Below are positions 55,937-64,000 of a DNA stretch of 64,000 nt, one piece after another. The notes under the pieces were generated by a model. That model was not told the origin of the DNA. It did not search any database and worked only from the letters and a program-made list of their open reading frames with translations. This DNA is from the human T2T-CHM13v2.0 reference genome, Homo sapiens. The DNA lies in assembly GCF_009914755.1 (NCBI RefSeq), contig NC_060936.1; one strand, given 5' to 3'. Made by a program: the position numbers and the translations under genes. The stretch's first letter is position 1. Each line of letters opens with the position of its first letter.

Positions 55937-57216
55937 GTCCAGTATGATTTTCTTGGTGGTGTCTACAACATTGTAAAGAGTCGTAGGTCAATATTTGGGC
56001 TAGCACCTCTCATGCTGTCTGGGCTGCTGGGAAAGACTTTAATGTGTTATGCCACTACCTAGTATTTGTTTTGCCTGGTAAACCAATGTTTCATTGGGCA
56101 ATATTTGTTTTGTGTTCATTGCCACCTTATTGTAAATTGTAGAAAATTGGTCGTCATGACGAGCTATATGTAAAACTTGCCAGATAGAAATATTTCAGTT
56201 AGTACCAAGAAGGCTGTACTGTGAAAAACATTCCACATTCCTTGTGGGAATGTCAGAAAAGTGTCAAGTAGCTAGTAATGTAAGAGTCTTGGTTTTGTTA
56301 ATTCTCCTTTGGACTTGTAATTTGAAAGCCCTGTGAACTTGAAATTTTGTTCTGAATGTTAGAGGATAAGTAATGATGAATACTGAAGTCTTTTTGTTCA
56401 TATGGAAATGGGTCAACTAATTGTCCTCTTTGAAACAGTTGATGGCTGTGTTATCACTATAGTTAAAATGGTAACATCTAGCCTACTCATAAGATAGAAG
56501 AACCTTGAAAGCAGTATTGTCCAGTGTTATAATTTAAAATCTTTAAAGCCAAGCTGGCAGCTATGAATATTAGGTAGCTTAATGGTAGACTTCTCAATGT
56601 AGTGCAGGAAGGAAGGAGAAAATTGATAACTAGTTGTTCATGGTACTAAGGGAACATTTAGACATAGTGGATATTATATGTAAAGCATTGTGCTGAGAAA
56701 GATTGGAAAACTAAAGGATTTGAATGGAAATTGAAGTCTTTGCTCTGCTTTTCTGACTATATTTGTTGGGGTTCATAAAACAATAGCATAAACAGGATAT
56801 GTTTTCCTGGAAAAGAAGATAGGGATATATTCATTTTGTAAAAAATTGGTGATTTCAATAGGTTCTTTCATTTGGATCCTTGGAATTTGAGGTGGGGATA
56901 TAATGGGAACATTGGAAGTGGGTGGGGGCAATGTAGTTTTCTATCTCATGTGTCCTTTAATATCTGGAGATGTATTAACCTCTTCAGTTCATGTGAGGGG
57001 AACATAATTACATAGTAAAGATAAACTCATTTTTTAATTGAGGTAAGCATTTCAAATAGAAATCATTTTTCCAGTCCTTTTTTTAGAGTTGTGTTACATG
57101 TGGTTATATCTAGGGCCTTTCAAAATCTATTTTCAGCTTACATGATTTTCCTTTGTTATAGTACTAAAGGAGATGATTAGCAATATCTAGAGTTCTGAAA
57201 ATGAATATTTAAATAG

Positions 57217-57300
57217 TTTCAGGAATAAAAAGTACAAAAGAAGACTGGTTAAAATTTGTTGCTACAAAGAAAAGGACACAGAAAGACAGCCAAGAGAGAG
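57217..57300 (+). CDS. RESF1: RESF1 exon 5 (84 nt): VSGIKSTKEDWLKFVATKKRTQKDSQER
   Basis: aaatag| acceptor, GAG|gtaaag donor, phase 1-1, open frame continuing exon 4. Confidence 0.9.
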
Positions 57301-57544
57301 GTAAAGTCATCTTTTTAAATCTTCATTCACTTATCTCCCTATCTGGTATATGGAAATTGGATTATGGTTATGATATGATTGTAAAGTATGATTTTATCCA
57401 TGTTCTTTTTTTTTTTTCAGTCATTCAGTGTTTGTGTTTGAGTGGTAGGAGGACATTTTTGTGTTGTCGTGCTGTGGAATGAAAGGCTGAGCTTTATTTT
57501 ATTTTAATAGGAAAATAAGTCTTATCACAATGAGTTAGCTAAGA

Positions 57545-58580
57545 GGTTTGCATATTTTACCTGTATAGGACCAGACAGCAAATACTTTAGGTTTTCTGGG
57601 TCATAAGGTGTCTGTCCTGACTACTCAGCTCTGACTCTGTTTCAGGGAAATGGCTGCAGATAATATGTAGATGAGTATCAGCTGTGTTCTGATTAACTAT
57701 TTATTTATTTATTTATTTATTTATTTTGAGACAGAGTCTCACTCTGTCACCCAGGCTGGAGTGCAGTGGCGTCATCTTGGCTCACTGCAACCTCTGCCTC
57801 CCAGGTTCAAGCGATTTTCTCCCTCAGCTTCCCAAGTAGCTGGGACTGCAGGTGCATACCACCACGCCCAGCTAATTTTTGTATTTTTAGTAGAGGCAGG
57901 GTTTCACCGTGTTGGCCAGGCCGGTCCCAAACTCCTGACATCAGGTAATCCACCTGCCTCGGCCTCCCAAAGTGCTGGGATTACAGACATGAGACACCGT
58001 GCCTGGCCTCTAATTAAACTTTATCTACCAAAATAGGCAGCAGGCTGGACTTAGTTTGCCAGACCCTGGATTCAATTATTTACATGTTAATTTGATTAAT
58101 CTTCAATACAATTTAGGCAAGGATATTTCCATTTTATAGATGAGAGGTTACATCATTTGACTTAAGTTTCATTGCTAGTGACTGAATAGGGACTTGAATC
58201 TGGTCCCCTCTTTTCAAAGTCCATTAAGTGTGGTTGAGGTATAGTCAGCCCTCCGTATCTGCGTGTTCCGTATCTGTGGATTCAAGCAACTGTGGATCCA
58301 AAATATTTGGGAAAAAAATTAATACAACCATAAAAATAGAAACTTAAAAGACAATATAGTATAACAACTGTTTACATAGCATTTACATTGTATTAGGTAT
58401 TAAAAGTAATCTAGAAATTATTTAAGGTATGTGTGGGGGGTATGCTTTAGGTTATATAAAATATACTATGCCATTTTACATAAGGAACTTAAGCATCCCC
58501 AGATTTTGGTATCTATTTGGGTGGATGCTGCAGAGGTGTCCTGGAATCAGTCCCTCTTCAATACCCAGGGATGACTGTAT
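57545..58580. mobile_element. MER58A split by an Alu (~57545-58070) and MER2-type Tigger element (~58242-58579)
   Basis: ccagacagcaaatactttaggtttt...agtttgccagaccctg; agtcagccctccgtatc...agggatgactgta inverted ends. Confidence 0.72.
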
Positions 58581-58847
58581 TTTAATAATGAGACCGGTCC
58601 TAGCTGTGTTATTTGCTGGGAAGGGATTTGGGCTGAGGACCAACTAGAAAAAGTAGAGCTTTGAGTATTTGATTTTTTTTTGAGACGGCATCTTGCTCTG
58701 TCTCCCAGGCTGGAGTACAGTGGCACGATCTCGGCCTTGCTGCAACCTCTGCATTCCAGGTTCAAGCAATTCTTCTGCCTCAGCCTCCTGAGTAGCTGGG
58801 ACTACAAGCACACTACCACGCCTGGCTTATTTTTGTATTTTTAGTAG

Positions 58848-58973
<126 letters not shown>

Positions 58974-59203
58974 TGATTTAATTAGTGGAGTGAAAGTACC
59001 TTGTTGTTAGGGTTTGGCTTTGAAAACTAAAAGCTAGAGCTCAAGAGTTTTTGTCTTAGTTTTGGTTCATTAAATGGGCAAAGAGGGGGCTGGGCACGGT
59101 GGCTCACACCTGTAATCTCAGCACTTTGGGAGGCCGAGGCAGGCGGATCATGAGGTCAGGAGATTGAGACCATCCTGGCTAACACGGTGAAACCCTGTCT
59201 CTA

Positions 59204-59467
<264 letters not shown>

Positions 59468-62354
59468 TTATAAAAGGAATTGACAACGGTTGTGAAGAGA
59501 GCTTCAAACAAATACTTAGAAGCAGGCGTGTAAAAATTGAGTAGAGGCCGGGCGAGGTGGCTCACGCCTGTAATACCAGCACTTTGGGAGGCCGAGGCAG
59601 GCAGATCGCCTGAGGTCAGAGGTTCGAGACCAGCCTGGCCAACATTATGAAACCCCATGCCTACTAAAAATATAAAAATTAGTCAGGTGTAGTGGCACAT
59701 GCCTGTAATACCAGCTATTCAGTAGGCTGAGACGGGAGAATCACTTGAACCTGTGAGGCGGAGGTTCCAGTGAGCTGAGATCGGACCACTGCACTCCAGC
59801 TTGGGCGACAGAGCAAAACTCTGTCTCAAAAAAAAAGTCAGTTAGCATTGAAACATGCATATGGGAAAAACTTGCATCAATGAAGAAATATACTCTTAAT
59901 CAGAACAGGACAAATAACCTAAAGAGGAGGGAATGAAGAGCAGTGAGAGGCCTGACAGTGGGAAAACAATGCCTCTCGGGTTGGAAGGCAGAAAGCCAAA
60001 AATGCGAAAGATACAAATGGGTACGAAGATTGGAGTAAGAAAAAAGCTCCTTGGAAACAGGAGAGACATGATTATCTCAAAGAGAAAGCGAGAGGCATGT
60101 TTGGAATCTGAAGCTGAAAACACTCAAAAGACAGATACACAGATTGACCAGAGGCTTCAGAGATAGGCATGAGTTGAATGACATGTGCAGACAGCACAGC
60201 AGGATGAGCAATGCACGGTGAATGTGAGGCTGAAATACTCAGAATCATGATGAAAGAAAAACACAAACCAGGTACACTAAGGCAAAGCTGGGTGAGACAG
60301 TCCAGGAGACAAGTCATACAGCTTTGTCATGGCACAACAAGACGCAAATAGGTGAGACCTAAGGGAGGAGAAAAAAATCTCAGGTGATGGCTACATGGGC
60401 ATTTTTATTTACTTATTTTTATTTATTTATTTATTTTATTTTTTAGACAGTCTCGCTGTGTCGCCCAGGCTGGAGTGCAGTGGTGCGACCTAGGCTCACT
60501 GCAACCTCTGGTTCCTGGGTTCAAGCGATTCTCCTGCCTCGGCCTCAGCCTCCTGAGTAGCGTGAACCACCTCACCTGGCTGATTGTTGTATTTTTAGCA
60601 GAGACAGAGTTTCACCATGTTGTCCAGGCTGATCTTGAACTCCAACCTCAGTGATCCACCCACCTCAGCCTGCCAAAGTGCTGGGATTACAGGCGTGAGC
60701 CACTGCGCCCGGCCACATGGGCATTTTTTAAATGCCTATTAGGGGCGAGTGAAGCTGGTTCTGGAGAAGGGATCTCTGGGAAATAGTGAATTATATACCT
60801 TAGACAAAGAGGCTGGAGAACAGTGAACCAACTATGAAGTGAGAGAAAAATGCCATGAACTCCCAATCTGCTATAAAGAAACATACATCTGGCCTGGTGT
60901 GGGGCCCATGTGTGTCATCCCAGCACTTGGGAGGTCAAGGCCGGAGGATGGCTTGAGCCCAGGAGTTTGAGACCAGCTTCGGCAACATCAGGAGATCCCA
61001 TCTCTACAAATAACTTTTTAAAAAATTAGCTGGGCATAGTGGTGCGCACCTGTGGTCCCAGCTGCTTGGCAGACTGAGGAAGGAGGATCACCTGAGCCCA
61101 GGAGTTGAGGCTGCAATAAGCCCTGATGCAGCACTGCACTCCAGCCTGGGCAACAGAGCCAAGACCCTGTCTCAAAAAAAAAAAAAAACCCACAGGAGAA
61201 ACAGATGTCTAAATTCAGTAGCAAAGGTTGCAGCAAACTTGAAGTCCTAAGTTAGGGTAAAGAGATGAAGAGGAAATGACAAGAATTTCTTGGAAAGCAA
61301 CTTAGAGACCCATCTGGGGCTTCAGTGTTACTAATTCTGAAAGAAAGCAAACGAAAAAGTGGAAGACTGCAGCAGATCTAAAGAACTAACAGGACAGAAT
61401 ACTCCACCCATTCAGGTAGAAAAAGACAAAACAAGACCCCATTATTCAGAAGAAAATAGCTGCAGCAGGAATGAAATGTACAGATAGTCCCTGACTTGGC
61501 AGTGGTTTGACTTAGGATTTCTTGACTATGATGGTATGAAAGTGATACACATTCAGTAGAAAGTGTATTTCGCATACCCATACAGCAATTCTGTTTGTTT
61601 GTTTGTTTGTTTGTTTTTTGAGACAGTCTCGCTCTGTCACCCAGGCTGGAGTGCAGTCGTGTGATATCGGCTCACTGCAACCTCTGCCCAGCTAATTTTT
61701 GTATTTTTAGTCAAAACAGGGTTTCGCCATGTTGGCCAGGCTGGTCTTGAACTGGCTTCATGTGATCTGCTTGCCTTGGCCTCCCAGAGTGCTGGGATTA
61801 CAGGCGTGAACCACCATACCCAGCCTCAACATATTTTCAATAGGTGATGGGTCATTATGAAAAAAGGACACTGAAGCTAATGTAACACTGAAATGGTCTC
61901 AAGAAACAGGAAACTATAGACATGTTTTAGAATATCCAATACATGGCAAGACCAAAATATGAAACCTATCCTTTTCATGTATTGTTTGGGACTGACTCAT
62001 ATTTGTACTCTTTGTATTGCTAATTTACATAGCTGTTTAAAAGGTCACATTCATACTAATGATATGCAATGATACATTTTATTGAGCCAAGAGTAAGGTA
62101 GAACAGAACAGCCCAGGGCAATGAGGATGGGGCAAGGAGGCAGGAGTAGAAAACAGCCCCCAAAAGAAAGGCAAGATGTCACGTGTATATAACTTACAAT
62201 TCTATAGTGAAGAGCTATGGTTCTGAAACTTTTGCTTAACTCCTTGCCTTAATTTTTTATCCCTCCAATATATATTTTCCCTCTGAATTTTGATTATATA
62301 TTGATCACAGCTAACATTGAGAAATAAAGTAAGTAAAGTTTTTATTTCCCTTAG

Positions 62355-62512
62355 ATAATGTTAATTCAAGACTCTCGAAGAGAAGCTTCAGTGCAGATGG
62401 ATTTGAGATGCTACAAAACCCAGTAAAAGATTCAAAAGAAATGTTTCAAACCTACAAACAGATGTACCTGGAGAAGAGAAGCAGAAGCCTTGGTAGCAGT
62501 CCTGTAAAATAA
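62355..62512 (+). CDS. RESF1: RESF1 last coding exon: [20 protein letters not shown]...[11 protein letters not shown]
   Basis: Acceptor tttatttcccttag|; stop TAA 62510-62512; CDS total 5002+84+158=5244 nt = 1747 aa. Confidence 0.93.
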
Positions 62513-63056
62513 TTACAAGATGTGGTTTTGTAATTGCCACTGGGAAATTTCTTTCCTTTTCTGTTCAAAATATTTCGCTGAAACTAATGAGAAATGCCAT
62601 GATAAAGATTTCTCAGAGTTTGGTTCCCACTTTCATTGTATTTCATTGAAAGTGCTTAATTAAAATGGCTTGAGAACTTTGGGTAGCCATGTGTAAGAAA
62701 TGGATGGTATTCACCGGGGAAACAAGGTATTTGAATTTCTACTTTATTGAACCAGATTTACCATTATTTTAAAAGGAATGCTTATACAAATCAATTTGAA
62801 ATTCTACCCATCTTGAGGGAGGACCGTTCCTCAGTTAAGGACTTGTTTATTTAAATGGGACTGTAAATATGTTTTGGTTTCTAAGCTATATTAGCAAAAT
62901 TTATTTTTCAAAAATGCCCACTGTGATGTGAATGTCAAAATATATTCTTAAGTGTTTTATAACTAATTGTAAACTTTTTTTCAGAAGTCTTATTTTATAC
63001 TTGTGAAACTGAACACAATTTTGGGACAACGTTTAAACATTACTTTTCATACTTGA

Positions 63057-63062
63057 AATAAA
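63057..63062 (+). terminator. RESF1: RESF1 polyadenylation signal
   Basis: AATAAA after an AU-rich 3'UTR, with U/GU-rich downstream sequence (~63105-63120); an alternative ATTAAA lies at 62659-62664. Confidence 0.8.
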
Positions 63063-63256
63063 CATTTATTTTTTAAAAAACTAATTTGAAACCTTCACAG
63101 CTCAGTTTCTTTTTGGTTTCCTACCTTTAAAAGGACGCATTTTGGAAAGTGCTTTCAAAAGCTGAAATGCGAGGTGGCTTATGCCTGTAATCACAGCACC
63201 TTGGGAGGCTGAGGCGGGCGGATCACAAGGTCAGGAGATGGAGACCATCCTGGCTA

Positions 63257-63556
<300 letters not shown>

Positions 63557-64000
63557 TCAAGAAACTGGAAGGCAAGATATAACTTTATTTCTAGTTTTAC
63601 TTTATGACTACGAGAAAAGGGTTGGAGTTTTTGTTTTGAGACAGGGTCTCACTCTGTCGTCAAGGCTGGAGTACTGCGGTGTAGGATGAATGTTCACTGC
63701 AATCACTGCTACTGGGTTTAAATAATCTTCCCGTCTCTGCCTCATGAGTAGCTGGGACTACAGTGTGCTAACACACCTGGCTAATTTAAAAAAAAATTAT
63801 TTAATTTGCTAATCTTTGTATTCTAGTGTGCTGCCAAAGTGAGCACATAATTTTGTTTTTTTGTTTGTTTGTTTTTGTTTCTTAATGTTTGGAGAATTTT
63901 TGTGGTTTTTTTGTTTGTTCTTTGAGACGTACTCCCGCCCTGTTACCCAGGCTGGAGTGCAATTGCGCGATCTGGGCTCACTGCAACCTCCGCCTCCCGG

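Noticed and set aside
50935-55947. 1670-aa ORF as the complete protein
   Set aside because: The final GPV* lies in intron 4; splicing to two further exons gives 1747 aa.
59850-60390. Purine-rich stretch with short ORFs in intron 5 as a cryptic exon
   Set aside because: No convincing splice sites or recognisable protein similarity; probably decayed repeat.

Overview
Human (primate) genomic DNA containing the complete RESF1 gene (retroelement silencing factor 1; KIAA1551/C12orf35) on the + strand and about 29 kb of almost entirely transposon-derived upstream sequence. Inferred gene model: CpG-island promoter and exon 1 (~29397-29473), non-coding exons 30759-30853 and 40170-40337, a giant 5080-nt exon (50857-55936, ATG at 50935), an 84-nt exon (57217-57300) and a last exon (62355 to ~63080, stop 62510-62512). 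The spliced CDS is 5244 nt = 1747 aa, matching the RESF1 length I recall. Upstream lie a nested stack of endogenous retroviruses (a decayed minus-strand gamma-type gag-pro-pol provirus with a tRNA-Arg PBS and MER51-type LTR, a second older ERV, and MLT2A, MER11A, LTR8, MER21, MER34-like, THE1 LTRs), a full-length RPL12 retrocopy inside MER11A, and a full-length FAM98B retrocopy. Most interesting: (i) LTR10 (two AP-1 sites) and LTR7B (duplicated KLF block, inserted inside an Alu) within about 3.5 kb of the promoter of an ERV-silencing gene, a possible retroelement-sensing feedback loop; (ii) three uORFs and an 11-bp triple repeat giving stops in all frames before the RESF1 ATG; (iii) very weak, competing splice sites after the giant exon; (iv) an orphan ~125-bp retro-insertion and an env TM remnant in intron 2. 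Gene and repeat names come from my recall of sequences and consensuses, not from a database search; repeat boundaries without target-site duplications (TSDs) are approximate, and all regulatory ideas are hypotheses.
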